Of a stretch of 64,000 nt of DNA, positions 22,052-31,107 are shown one piece after another (the stretch's first letter is position 1; each line of letters starts with the position of its first letter). The stretch is from the NCBI GenBank assembly GCA_963744145.1, contig CAVUSO010000001.1, positions 5,696,001 to 5,760,000 on the forward strand. The letters are read 5' to 3'. The notes under the pieces were generated by a model. It saw nothing but the letters and a program-made list of their open reading frames with translations, was not told where the DNA came from and did no database searches. The position numbers and the translations under genes are program-made. Source of the DNA: an uncultured cyanobacterium (lineage in GTDB: Bacteria; Cyanobacteriota; Cyanobacteriia; Cyanobacteriales; CAWUOF01).

Positions 22052-22873
22052 ATGAAATTTGCCAATACACTGAATAAATCGCTTAGTATTTTTGCCATAG
22101 TAATTGTGGGGTTTTTACTGTTAGCAATCCTGTTTAATCCTTTTGTGATTGTCAATGCTGGGGAAAGAGGTGTCGTGATGAATTTTGGCAAAGTTTCTGA
22201 TCTAGTTTTAGATGAGGGACTACATCCAATCATTCCGATCGTCACAACGGTGAAAAAAATTAACGTCCGGGTTAAAAAAAATGATATCCTCGCTCAAGCA
22301 GCTTCTAAGGATTTGCAACAGATTCAAACTGATGTCGCAGTTAACTGGCACATCAATCCTTTGCAGGTCAATATGGTTTTTCAAAGGGTTGGAGATAGCG
22401 AGCAAATTGTGAATGGAATTATGACTCCAGCAGTTTCCGAAATTGTGAAAGCATCTGTCGCGAAGAAAACAGCTGAAGAAATTGTGACTAAAAGAACCGA
22501 TTTGAAAGCAGAAATAGATGATACTTTAAAGACTCGGTTGAATTCCTACGGGATTTTAGTTGATGATGTGTCTTTAGTTGATGTCACTTTTTCCATCGAG
22601 TTCAGTAAAGCGATCGAAGCTAAACAAATTGCTGAACAAGAAGCAAAACGAGCTGAGTTTGTAGCTTTAAAAGCCGAACAAGAAGCACAAGCAGATGTTA
22701 ATCGTGCTAAAGGTCAAGCTGAAGCCCAATTATTATTACGAGCTAACTTAACATCAGAAATTCTGCAAAAACAAGCGATCGATAAGTGGGATGGTCATTT
22801 TCCAATGGTAATGGGAGGTAATGGAGCTTTACCGTTTATTAATCTTCAACCCAACCAGGATTTAATCAAATAA
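22052..22873 (+). CDS. Prohibitin/SPFH family protein (tandem paralog)
   Basis: Same motifs as the preceding gene. Confidence 0.92.
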   Translation: MKFANTLNKSLSIFAIVIVGFLLLAILFNPFVIVNAGERGVVMNFGKVSDLVLDEGLHPIIPIVTTVKKINVRVKKNDILAQAASKDLQQIQTDVAVNWHINPLQVNMVFQRVGDSEQIVNGIMTPAVSEIVKASVAKKTAEEIVTKRTDLKAEIDDTLKTRLNSYGILVDDVSLVDVTFSIEFSKAIEAKQIAEQEAKRAEFVALKAEQEAQADVNRAKGQAEAQLLLRANLTSEILQKQAIDKWDGHFPMVMGGNGALPFINLQPNQDLIK

Positions 22874-22895
22874 ATCTAATCGGTACTCTTAGGTA

Positions 22896-23063
22896 ATACC
22901 AATTTTTGATGAAGGTGCAGAGAATTGATCCCCCCAACCCCCTTATTAAGGGGGAGCAATCCCCCCAACCCCCTTAATAAGGGGGAGCATGAATTAAAAG
23001 TCCCCCTTTTTAAGGGGGATTTAGGGGGATCTAAATCTCTGCAACTTCACATTAAATTGGTAT
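22896..23063. mobile_element. MITE-like element with terminal inverted repeats and internal CCCCCTT..AAGGGGG palindromes
   Basis: Left ATACCAATTTTTGATGAAGGTGCAGAGA versus right TCTCTGCAACTTCACATTAAATTGGTAT; tandem ATCCCCCCAACCCCCTTA(T/A)TAAGGGGGGAGCA copies inside. Confidence 0.8.
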
Positions 23064-23074
23064 AAGAGCTTAAT

Positions 23075-26000
23075 TTGCTCAAGATATTACGTCAGCGACT
23101 AGAACTATTTCGACCGCAAATGATTATGTTCAGTTTTTTATTAGGTTCGCTCATTAAAATTTTCTTGATCCTGACCGACTCGATCGTCATGATGAATATT
23201 CATCAATTTTATTTATATTTGGGATTTTTGATATTACTGATTTATATAAGTTATTTATTGATGCGATTAAGACAAACAACATTAGCTCTAAAAACAGCTA
23301 ACGAAACCTTAGAATCACGAGTAATAAATCATCCTCAGCAATTGGTAACAGCTTTAGAACTAACCGAAAAAGTTAACCAAGAATTAGCAACAGAAGCAAA
23401 TTTGCTATTGACACAACGACACTTACAATTTTTACTTTCAGTGAGTCCAGCTGTTATTTATAACCGCGAAGTTGCAGATGACTCTCAGATTACATTTATC
23501 AGTGAAAATATTAGCTCAATTTATGGTTATGAAACTAGGGAATTTTTAGCAGATCCTCAGTTTTGGATAGAAAAAATTCATCCGGAAGATGTGGACCGTG
23601 TTCTGAAGGAATTTTCTAATATCTTTATCGAAAAAAATGATCACCATGAATATCGCTTTCAACACAAAAATGGAAACTACCGCTGGATATATGACGAACG
23701 GAAATTAGTTCGAGATGAAACTGGAAATCCTTTAGAAATAGTTGGTTATTGGTTAGATGTCACCGAACGTAAACAATCAGAAGAATGGCAACATTTACTC
23801 GAATCGGTAGTAATTAATGCTAATGATGGAATTATGATTGCTACAGCTAATTCAATCGATTATCCCTTAGGTCCAAAAATTGTGTATGTGAACGAAGCTT
23901 TTACCAAAATAACGGGATATTTACCTGGGGAAGTAATAGGAAAAACACCAAGAATTTTGCAAGGAGAAAAAACGAATCGTTCTGAGTTAAATAAAATTCG
24001 TCATGCTCTCATTAACTGGAAACCTGTTAAAGTTGAAGTGATTAACTATCGCAAAGATCGGTCAGAATTTTGGGTAGAACTAAATCTTTTTCCAGCAGCA
24101 GATAAAAAAGGATTTTTTACCCATTGGGTATCAATCCAGCGCAATATTACCGAACGTAAACAGGTTGAAGAAGAATTACTTAAACAAAATCTGCGATCGC
24201 AACTTTTTACAGAAATTACTTTAAAAATTCGTCAATCTTTACAACTAGAAGATATTCTGCAAACCACAGTTACAGAAATTCAAAAAATTCTGCAATCTGA
24301 CCGAGTCTTAATTTATAGATTTTGGGATGATGGTTCAGGTACAGTTGTGACCGAAGCAGTGATTCCAGGATATCCAGGTATTCTCGGACAAATTATTCAC
24401 GATCCTTGCTTTGGAGAAACACATATAGAACAGTATCGTAACGGACGTATTGCTATTGTAAATGATATAGAAACAATGCCCGTGCAAAGTTGCTATTTAG
24501 AATTCCTACGTGCTTTAGGTGTTAAAGCTAATTTAGTTGTACCCATTTTACAACAAAATACTCAATTATGGGGATTACTAATTGCCCATCACTGTAGTAG
24601 TCCTAGAAATTGGAATAACTTTGAAACTGAATTATTACAACAACTAGCTAATCAAGTAGGTATTGCTTTAGCACAAGCTAAACTTTTAGAAGAAGAAACT
24701 CGTCAGCGTGATAACTTGGAATTAGCTCGTCGTCAAGCGGAAGCAGCTTCCCAGATCAAGAGCGATTTTTTAGCTAATATGAGTCACGAAATCCGGACTC
24801 CAATGAATGCTGTTTTGGGAATGACAGGTTTACTGCTAGAAACTTCTTTAACTTCTGAACAACGGGATTTTGTAGAAACAATCCGTCTCAGTGGGGATGC
24901 TCTTTTAAGTTTAATTAATGAAATTTTAGATATATCTAAACTTGAAGCTGGACAATTAGCATTAGAAATTTTAGATTTTGATTTAGCTAGCTGTGTTGAG
25001 GAAGTGGTAGATTTATTTGCTACCAATGCTCATGTTAAAGGACTAGAGATTACTGCTTTAATCTTACCTAATGTGACGACCCAAGTTAAAGGTGATGCTG
25101 GTCGTCTCCGACAAATTCTGACTAATTTGACTGGGAATGCTGTGAAATTTACTGAGGAAGGGGAAGTTGTAGTTAAAGTAGAAGTACAAGAGCATAAAAA
25201 TAATGAAATATCTGAATTAGAACTAACTAATCAGATAATTTTGCGTTTTTCTGTCACTGATACAGGAATTGGGATTGCTTTAGCAGATCAAAATAAACTT
25301 TTTCAACCTTTTTCTCAAGTAGACCCTTCGACTGCTCGCAAATATGGTGGGACTGGATTAGGATTGGCAATATGTAAACAACTTGTCAACTTAATGGGAG
25401 GAGAAATTGGAGTTGAAAGTACGTTAGGACAAGGTTCAACCTTTTGGTTTACAGCTAGGTTAGCCAAGCAATTAAATAATAATTTTTCTCCCACTAAACG
25501 GGAGTATCCTGGTGAAAATTATCCGGTCTATTCTCCACCGGGTTTGCCAAGCAGAAGTTGTATTTTTCCGGCTAATTGTCTCAAAGATAAACGGTTATTA
25601 GTAGTGGATGATAATGATAATCATCGCCAATTAATTCGTTATCAAATTAGTCCTTTAGGAATGCTAATTGATGAAGCTGATCGGGGCGAAAAAGCCTTAG
25701 AATTTTTGGAAAACGCTGATCGCCAAAATCTAGTTTATGATGTCATTTTAATCGATCTAAAAATGCCGGAAATGGATGGAATATCCCTCGGCAAAATTAT
25801 TAAGAATAACCCGAAGTTTGCTGGGATTCCCTTGATTATCTTAGTGGCTACTAATCAAAGAGATGAAGTATTACGATGCCTGGAATTAGGTTTTGTTGCT
25901 TATTTGGTAAAACCGATTAAACAATATCGGTTATTAGATAGTTTAATTAATGTATTGGATCTACAGTTATATTTATCAGATTCCCAGGAGAATAATCTGG

Positions 26001-26473
26001 CACTGACTGCACAACAAGCTGGAGGAGGAGAACCAAGGTTTCCCCATTTATATACAAAACTGAGAATTTTACTGGCTGAAGATAATCTGGTGAATCAAAA
26101 AGTAGCAATTAGACAAATCCAAAACCTCGGCTATGATGCAGATGTAGCCGCAAATGGTGAGGAAGTTCTCCAACTTTTGGCCCAAATTCCCTATGATTTA
26201 ATTTTAATGGACTGCCAAATGCCAATTCTTGATGGTTATGAAACTACTCGGGAAATTCGTCGTCGGATGCAAGAGTCTAACCGAGCCAACGATCGCCCAG
26301 AATTACCAATTATTATTGCGCTGACTGCCAATGCGATGAAGGAAGATCAAGAAAAATGTCTCGCTGCGGGTATGGATGATTATTTAAGTAAACCAGTCCG
26401 CAAAGAAGCACTCCAAGTTATGCTATCTCACTGGAGTAATAAAATTTTTCAAGCTAAAGAGACCAACCTATGA
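23075..26473 (+). CDS. Hybrid sensor kinase PAS-PAS-GAF(CBCR-like)-HisKA-HATPase-REC-REC; start uncertain
   Basis: IHPED PAS, TPRILQG PAS, GAF with DPCF and [15 protein letters not shown], two receiver domains (DLKMP, MDCQMP). Confidence 0.92.
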   Translation: MLKILRQRLELFRPQMIMFSFLLGSLIKIFLILTDSIVMMNIHQFYLYLGFLILLIYISYLLMRLRQTTLALKTANETLESRVINHPQQLVTALELTEKVNQELATEANLLLTQRHLQFLLSVSPAVIYNREVADDSQITFISENISSIYGYETREFLADPQFWIEKIHPEDVDRVLKEFSNIFIEKNDHHEYRFQHKNGNYRWIYDERKLVRDETGNPLEIVGYWLDVTERKQSEEWQHLLESVVINANDGIMIATANSIDYPLGPKIVYVNEAFTKITGYLPGEVIGKTPRILQGEKTNRSELNKIRHALINWKPVKVEVINYRKDRSEFWVELNLFPAADKKGFFTHWVSIQRNITERKQVEEELLKQNLRSQLFTEITLKIRQSLQLEDILQTTVTEIQKILQSDRVLIYRFWDDGSGTVVTEAVIPGYPGILGQIIHDPCFGETHIEQYRNGRIAIVNDIETMPVQSCYLEFLRALGVKANLVVPILQQNTQLWGLLIAHHCSSPRNWNNFETELLQQLANQVGIALAQAKLLEEETRQRDNLELARRQAEAASQIKSDFLANMSHEIRTPMNAVLGMTGLLLETSLTSEQRDFVETIRLSGDALLSLINEILDISKLEAGQLALEILDFDLASCVEEVVDLFATNAHVKGLEITALILPNVTTQVKGDAGRLRQILTNLTGNAVKFTEEGEVVVKVEVQEHKNNEISELELTNQIILRFSVTDTGIGIALADQNKLFQPFSQVDPSTARKYGGTGLGLAICKQLVNLMGGEIGVESTLGQGSTFWFTARLAKQLNNNFSPTKREYPGENYPVYSPPGLPSRSCIFPANCLKDKRLLVVDDNDNHRQLIRYQISPLGMLIDEADRGEKALEFLENADRQNLVYDVILIDLKMPEMDGISLGKIIKNNPKFAGIPLIILVATNQRDEVLRCLELGFVAYLVKPIKQYRLLDSLINVLDLQLYLSDSQENNLALTAQQAGGGEPRFPHLYTKLRILLAEDNLVNQKVAIRQIQNLGYDADVAANGEEVLQLLAQIPYDLILMDCQMPILDGYETTREIRRRMQESNRANDRPELPIIIALTANAMKEDQEKCLAAGMDDYLSKPVRKEALQVMLSHWSNKIFQAKETNL

Positions 26474-26814
26474 ATACCCCCTCTCCTATCGATATAGAGC
26501 GATTGTATCAAACTTCTGGAGGTGATGCAGAATTTGAAAAAGAACTGTTGGAGCTGTTTATTGAGGATACTCAGCCTCATTTAGCTAATCTGACTAGAGC
26601 ATTAGCAGAAAAAGATTTTGACCGACTGCAAATGGAAGCTCATTACATTAAAGGTGCCAGTATCAATATGGGTGCTAATATGATGCACTCTCTAGCACTG
26701 CAACTGGAACTGGCTGCTAAACAAGCAAATTTAGACAGTGCTGGAACTTTTAATACTAAATTAGTCGCGGCTTTTGAGGCTGTGAAAAATTTTCGAGTGA
26801 CAAAAGATAATTAA
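26470..26814 (+). CDS. Hpt phosphotransfer protein
   Basis: AHYIKGAS motif; 4-bp overlap with the kinase gene. Confidence 0.9.
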   Translation: MNTPSPIDIERLYQTSGGDAEFEKELLELFIEDTQPHLANLTRALAEKDFDRLQMEAHYIKGASINMGANMMHSLALQLELAAKQANLDSAGTFNTKLVAAFEAVKNFRVTKDN

Positions 26815-27025
26815 TCCATCAAAAGTAACTCTAAATTTATTCATCTTCATAGCGATCGCATTGGTCAACTTTAATTCGATGCGATCGCATCGAATTCCTT
26901 GATTTGATTAAATCAACAAATTTTTTGTCACTTTCTGAAAAATATGATTTAATCAGATTAGGCTAATTTAGCCCTTGTCCGATTGACTCAGTTTGGTTCC
27001 TTATCACTTTACATCAGGTTAAGTT

Positions 27026-28975
27026 ATGATTAAAAAAAGAATAAAGGTCTTAATTTTATCTTTAATCATTGGGTTCTTTGGGGTGATTGGGTGTAATACA
27101 TTGCAACAGCAAACTACAAATAACCAAACCGCATTAAACCCACCAAAGCACAATAATAATGTCGTCATATTTATTGCTGATGGTTTACGAAGAGATGCGG
27201 TTAACCAAACAGATGCTCCTACGATTTTATCAATTAGAGAAAATGGAGTTGATTATGTTAATAGTCATTCCCTATTCCCGACTTTTACAACTCCTAATGC
27301 TTCAGCGATCGCGACGGGACATTATTTAGGAGATACCGGAGATTTTAGTAATAACCTTTATATTGACTCTCCTGTTGCTCATGCTGATCATAGTGTAATC
27401 CCGTTTATTGAAAATGATCCAATTATAGCAGATATAGATGAAAAATTTCCTAGTTTGAATTTCTTAGATGAAGAAACTTTACTAGCGATCGCGCGTCAAG
27501 CTGGATATAGTACCGCTGCGATCGGTAAACTCGGTCCGACTTTAATTCAAGATGTTACCCAAGGAAATCGAGTCAATGGCAATATTCTACCACCACAAAC
27601 CATTATTATTGATGATAGTACAGGTTCTAAAGGTGGAGTACCATTAAGCGCAGAGTTAACAGCAAAATTACCAACTGTAGGTTTACCTTTAGCGACAACT
27701 CCTCGTGATCAACCTCCGGGAAATAATCAAAAACCAGGAACTACTAAAGCTAATATTGGTCAGCAACAATATTTTGCCGATGTCACCACTAAAGTAATCC
27801 TACCCTTATTTAAAGAAAGGGGAAAGCCTTTTGTCATGGTATATTGGTCTCGTGATCCAGATGGAACTCAGCACAATCATGGAGATAGTTTAAATAGTCT
27901 GACTCCTGGGATTAATGGTCCGACCTCAAAAGCTGCAATTAAAAATGCAGATAATAACCTCAAGCAAATCATTGATGCTTTAAAAGATCAAGGTTTAACA
28001 AATACTACAGATATATTTGTTACCTCAGATCATGGATTTTCAACTATCAGTAAGCAATCTATAGATGCTAAAGGTAGTAAAACTAATAGCTATGCAGCAT
28101 CTCTTTCCTACCCTAATGTTAATGCTGGATTTCTCCCAAATGGTTTTGTTGCGATTGATCTAGCTAAAGCACTAAAGCAACCTTTATTTGATCCGAATCA
28201 GGTAATTACAACTTCAGCTAAAGAGGAAATAAAGTATACTCCTATTGATCCAACTAAAGGACAATCACTTAAATCGGGAAATGCTTTAATTGGTGGTACA
28301 GGGAAAATTACCAACAACAAAACTGATGCTCAAGTAGTCGTTGCAGCTAATGGAGGTTCAGATTTAATTTATTTACCTAGTGGAGATAAAAATCTCGCTA
28401 AAAAAATAGTAGATATTTTATCCCAACAAGATTATATTAGCGGGATTTTTGCTGATGATATTTTTGGGAAACTTCCTGGAGCATTACCTTTAAGTAGTGT
28501 GGGATTAAAAGGATCAGCACTGACTCCTATCCCTGGGATTGTTGTTAACTTTAGAACTTTTTCTCTAGATCCCAAAAATCCGCTTCTGAGTGGTATCCAA
28601 ATCGCTGATACAGGATTACAACAGGGACAGGGGATGCACGGTTCATTTAGTCGGGCAGATACCTACAATAATATGGCAGCGATCGGTCCTGATTTTAAGA
28701 AAAATTTTGTTAATCAAGCTCCTGTTAGTAACGCTGATATCGCAGTTACTCTAGCAAAGGTGCTTGGGTTACCAATTTCCAAGAAAGGAAATTTACTCGG
28801 TCGAATTAGTGAGGAATCTCTAGTAGGAGGACCAAATACCGTATCATCCTCTTCCGAAACTTTAAAATCCGATCCAGCAACTAATGGTTTATCAACTATT
28901 TTAAAATATCAAAAAGTTGGTAACAACAATTATTTTGATGTGGCAGGATTTCCCGATCGAACAGTTGGGTTATAA
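27026..28975 (+). CDS. Alkaline phosphatase superfamily (nucleotide pyrophosphatase/phosphodiesterase-like) lipoprotein
   Basis: Lipobox-like VIGC, ADGLR, FPTFTTPN, DPDGTQH, TSDHG, QGMHG. Confidence 0.88.
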   Translation: MIKKRIKVLILSLIIGFFGVIGCNTLQQQTTNNQTALNPPKHNNNVVIFIADGLRRDAVNQTDAPTILSIRENGVDYVNSHSLFPTFTTPNASAIATGHYLGDTGDFSNNLYIDSPVAHADHSVIPFIENDPIIADIDEKFPSLNFLDEETLLAIARQAGYSTAAIGKLGPTLIQDVTQGNRVNGNILPPQTIIIDDSTGSKGGVPLSAELTAKLPTVGLPLATTPRDQPPGNNQKPGTTKANIGQQQYFADVTTKVILPLFKERGKPFVMVYWSRDPDGTQHNHGDSLNSLTPGINGPTSKAAIKNADNNLKQIIDALKDQGLTNTTDIFVTSDHGFSTISKQSIDAKGSKTNSYAASLSYPNVNAGFLPNGFVAIDLAKALKQPLFDPNQVITTSAKEEIKYTPIDPTKGQSLKSGNALIGGTGKITNNKTDAQVVVAANGGSDLIYLPSGDKNLAKKIVDILSQQDYISGIFADDIFGKLPGALPLSSVGLKGSALTPIPGIVVNFRTFSLDPKNPLLSGIQIADTGLQQGQGMHGSFSRADTYNNMAAIGPDFKKNFVNQAPVSNADIAVTLAKVLGLPISKKGNLLGRISEESLVGGPNTVSSSSETLKSDPATNGLSTILKYQKVGNNNYFDVAGFPDRTVGL

Positions 28976-29006
28976 AAAATACCTGTGTATTGCAGTGGAA
29001 TTTATA

Positions 29007-29151
29007 CCCCGCACAAGTTGACAAAGCTTTTGCACTGGCGAGTTACCGTTACTCTACAGACCCTTTTTGAGGTGGATCTGGTAGGAGTCGAACCTACAAT
29101 TCCCGCTGTTCAAGCGGATTGTGTGTAAGCTTTATCTGTCAGGGTGCGGGG
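29007..29151 (-). ncRNA. Circularly permuted tRNA-like RNA closed by a long terminal stem (YrlA/Y-RNA-like)
   Basis: Minus-strand order: 5' stem, hairpin UCCGC-UUGAACA-GCGGG, T arm GUAGG-UUCGACU-CCUAC, acceptor 3' CAGAUCC, loop ACCUCAAAAA, acceptor 5' GGGUCUG, D arm GAGU-AACGGUA-ACUC, 3' stem; ends pair CCCCGCAC/GUGCGGGG, UGACA/UGUCA, AAAGCUU/AAGCUUU. Confidence 0.75.
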
Positions 29152-29165
29152 AAAAATTATTACCT

Positions 29166-29289
29166 TAGACCTCTTGCAAAAGTCATGTTGATCAATTTAC
29201 TGGACAGGCAAGATGCCTGTCCCACAACCAAAAAAAACTCTTGTGGGACAGGCATCTTGCCTGTCCTAGTTATTTTTGCAAGAAGTCTA
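29166..29289. mobile_element. MITE with ~16-bp terminal inverted repeats, inserted in the tRNA array
   Basis: TAGACCTCTTGCAAAA ... TTTTGCAAGAAGTCTA; internal GGACAGGCAAGATGCCTGTCCCACAA / TTGTGGGACAGGCATCTTGCCTGTCC inverted pair. Confidence 0.85.
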
Positions 29290-29312
29290 TTCCAATAGTG
29301 AAAGAAAAATAG

Positions 29313-29395
29313 AGGAAGATGGAGGAATCGAACCCCTACAGAAACCCGTACCCTGGTTTTCAAGACCAGTCGCTGTCCATTCAGCGGCATCTTCC
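29313..29395 (-). tRNA. tRNA-Ser(TGA)
   Basis: Acceptor GGAAGAT/ATCTTCC, anticodon arm CTGGT-CTTGAAA-ACCAG, long variable arm, GGTTCGATTCC. Confidence 0.88.
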
Positions 29396-29402
29396 CTTGA
29401 GG

Positions 29403-29478
29403 GGTGTCTGACGGGACTCAAACCCGCTATTAACTAGCTTCACAGACTAGCGTCTCGATCGCTTCGACTTCAAACACC
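29403..29478 (-). tRNA. tRNA-His(GTG)
   Basis: G-1:C73, anticodon arm CTAGT-CTGTGAA-GCTAG; T loop TTTGAGT. Confidence 0.85.
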
Positions 29479-29483
29479 ATCAG

Positions 29484-29556
29484 TGGATCTGGCGAGGGTT
29501 GAACTCGCAACCTCCTGTTTGCAAGACAGGCATTCTCCCATTAGAACTACAGACCC
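29484..29556 (-). tRNA. tRNA-Ala(TGC)
   Basis: Acceptor GGGTCTG/CAGATCC with G3-U70, A73; CCTGT-CTTGCAA-ACAGG. Confidence 0.92.
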
Positions 29557-29565
29557 AAACCAAGA

Positions 29566-29639
29566 CGGGAATGGTAGGAATTGAACCCACAACATCCGAG
29601 GTAGAAACTCGGCGCTCTATCCGATTGAGCTACATTCCC
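29566..29639 (-). tRNA. tRNA-Arg(TCT)
   Basis: GGGAATG/CATTCCC, CCGAG-TTTCTAC-CTCGG. Confidence 0.9.
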
Positions 29640-29660
29640 ATCAACAATTGTGAAAATTTT

Positions 29661-29910
29661 TCAGTTCAGGCGATCGCGTAAGGGCGTGCAAGTTAGCAGA
29701 GCATTTTGCGTTTTCTCAGCTACTAGAGGGACTCCGCCGATGAGTTATTACACACTCTTTCAAGGATGGCTACTTCTAAGCCTACCTATCGGGTTCTTTG
29801 TACTCCCCATTGGCAAACGCGACCCGATATTTGATAGGGTTACTATTCCTCTCGTACTTAGTATGTAAGCTCTATCCTATTAGGGCACGCTGAGGACGCG
29901 ATCGCACTGA
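29661..29910 (-). ncRNA. Putative structured ncRNA mimicking the 23S rRNA factor-binding site (sarcin-ricin loop plus H42-H44 GTPase-associated centre)
   Basis: AGUACGAGAGGA hairpin at 29841-29863; CCGAUAGGUAGGCUUAGAAGUAGCCAUCCUUGAAAGAGUGUGUAAUAACUCAUCGG at 29737-29792; terminal stem GCGAUCGCGU..GCGUGC / GCACGC..ACGCGAUCGC. Confidence 0.8.
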
Positions 29911-29967
29911 TTACCAAACATGATCAAACGAATTTAACACACCTCCTTAAATCAAATTCAATTCACA

Positions 29968-30039
<72 letters not shown>

Positions 30040-30045
30040 TTTAAA

Positions 30046-30116
30046 AGCGGATAACGAGAGTCGAACTCGTACCTAGAATTTGGAAGAATCAGATGCTACC
30101 GCTACACCATATCCGC
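30046..30116 (-). tRNA. tRNA-Gly(TCC), anticodon stem with two U-U mismatches
   Basis: GCGGATA/TATCCGC, U73, TGATT-CTTCCAA-ATTCT. Confidence 0.78.
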
Positions 30117-30139
30117 CGATTAAAATGATCAGATTTGGT

Positions 30140-30985
30140 TTATTTATCTGGCCGAAATCGCCGATCGAACTCTGTAAATATCTTTCTTTCTTCGCTTAGA
30201 TCCAGAACTGAAAATAGGATGCTTTTGAATCTTCCCCAAAACTGTCCTTTTGTTAATAAAAAATCCGCAAACATTTGAGCGACCATTGCCGGATCGTTTC
30301 TGAATACTCCACATCCCCAAGCTCCTAAAACTAAAGCATCACAATGATGGTAAGCAGCTAAACTTAACAACTTAGCACCGCGAACATAGAGAACTTCGCG
30401 AATTTTTCCTTGAGCCGGAGATGGTCTTTTTCTAATTTCACCAGCGTTAGGAGCTGGACTAGTGAAAAAATCCACTTGATGGGGGATTGACAGTAAAGTT
30501 CCATCATCTTTGCGAAAAATTGGACAACTTGGTGAATGAATAATATGATCGGAATATAAAAGTGAGGAAGTAGACCGATGAAAATCATAATATTTAGGAC
30601 ATTTCAATAGACTTTGGTAAAGTCCAGAACTACGTGCTAAACTCTCTTCTTGTGCTTGAGCACCTCTCATAAATCCACCACCAGGGTTTTTAGCAGAAGC
30701 AAAATTGAGAACACCAATTTTGGCAAATTTTTGAGTTTTCGTCATCATTTCTGCTCCGCTCAATGTCGTCTCATTCCTGATGGTAAATTCAGTATTAGTG
30801 AAGGTGGCAGCACTAGCGAGAACTTCGGTTTGGATTTGCTCAAGATCAGCAGGATCGTAACATTTTGTTTGAGCGACACAGAATGCTAAATCTGGCGCTA
30901 TATCCACCCGTTCGCTTTGAGGGGATTGGTAATAACCTGCTGCTAGTATATTGAGAGTATCTTGCGCGATCGCAACTCGCTTCAT
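30140..30985 (-). CDS. TIGR02452/DUF2263 bacterial-type poly(ADP-ribose) glycohydrolase (PARG-like macrodomain)
   Basis: LNFASAKNPGGGF..GAQAQEESLARSS, VLGAWGCGVFRN; start taken at ATG 30985 because the longer ORF overlaps tRNA-Thr. Confidence 0.9.
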   Translation of the reverse strand: MKRVAIAQDTLNILAAGYYQSPQSERVDIAPDLAFCVAQTKCYDPADLEQIQTEVLASAATFTNTEFTIRNETTLSGAEMMTKTQKFAKIGVLNFASAKNPGGGFMRGAQAQEESLARSSGLYQSLLKCPKYYDFHRSTSSLLYSDHIIHSPSCPIFRKDDGTLLSIPHQVDFFTSPAPNAGEIRKRPSPAQGKIREVLYVRGAKLLSLAAYHHCDALVLGAWGCGVFRNDPAMVAQMFADFLLTKGQFWGRFKSILFSVLDLSEERKIFTEFDRRFRPDK

Positions 30986-31027
30986 GTGTTTAAAACTCCT
31001 GATACATATCTCCTTTTTTAAAGTCCA

Positions 31028-31099
31028 AGCAGGAGGCGAGATTTGAACTCGCATAGGCAGTTTACAAGACTGCTGTGTTGCCATTGACACCACACCTGC
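31028..31099 (-). tRNA. tRNA-Thr(TGT)
   Basis: GCAGGTG/CTCCTGC (one mismatch), GCAGT-CTTGTAA-ACTGC. Confidence 0.85.
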
Positions 31100-31107
31100 A
31101 TGATCAA

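Noticed and set aside
29007..29151. Two-piece tmRNA or an ordinary tRNA-Phe
   Set aside because: Too short for tmRNA and no tag reading frame seen; arm order is permuted and the acceptor has Ala, not Phe, features
29160..29868. Short ORFs 29160-29390, 29499-29681, 29650-29868
   Set aside because: They overlap tRNAs, the MITE or the structured RNA; no protein motifs
29661..29910. 23S rRNA gene or simple rRNA pseudogene
   Set aside because: Only two short modules match, in reverse order, joined by non-rRNA sequence and closed by their own stem; no 16S or 5S nearby
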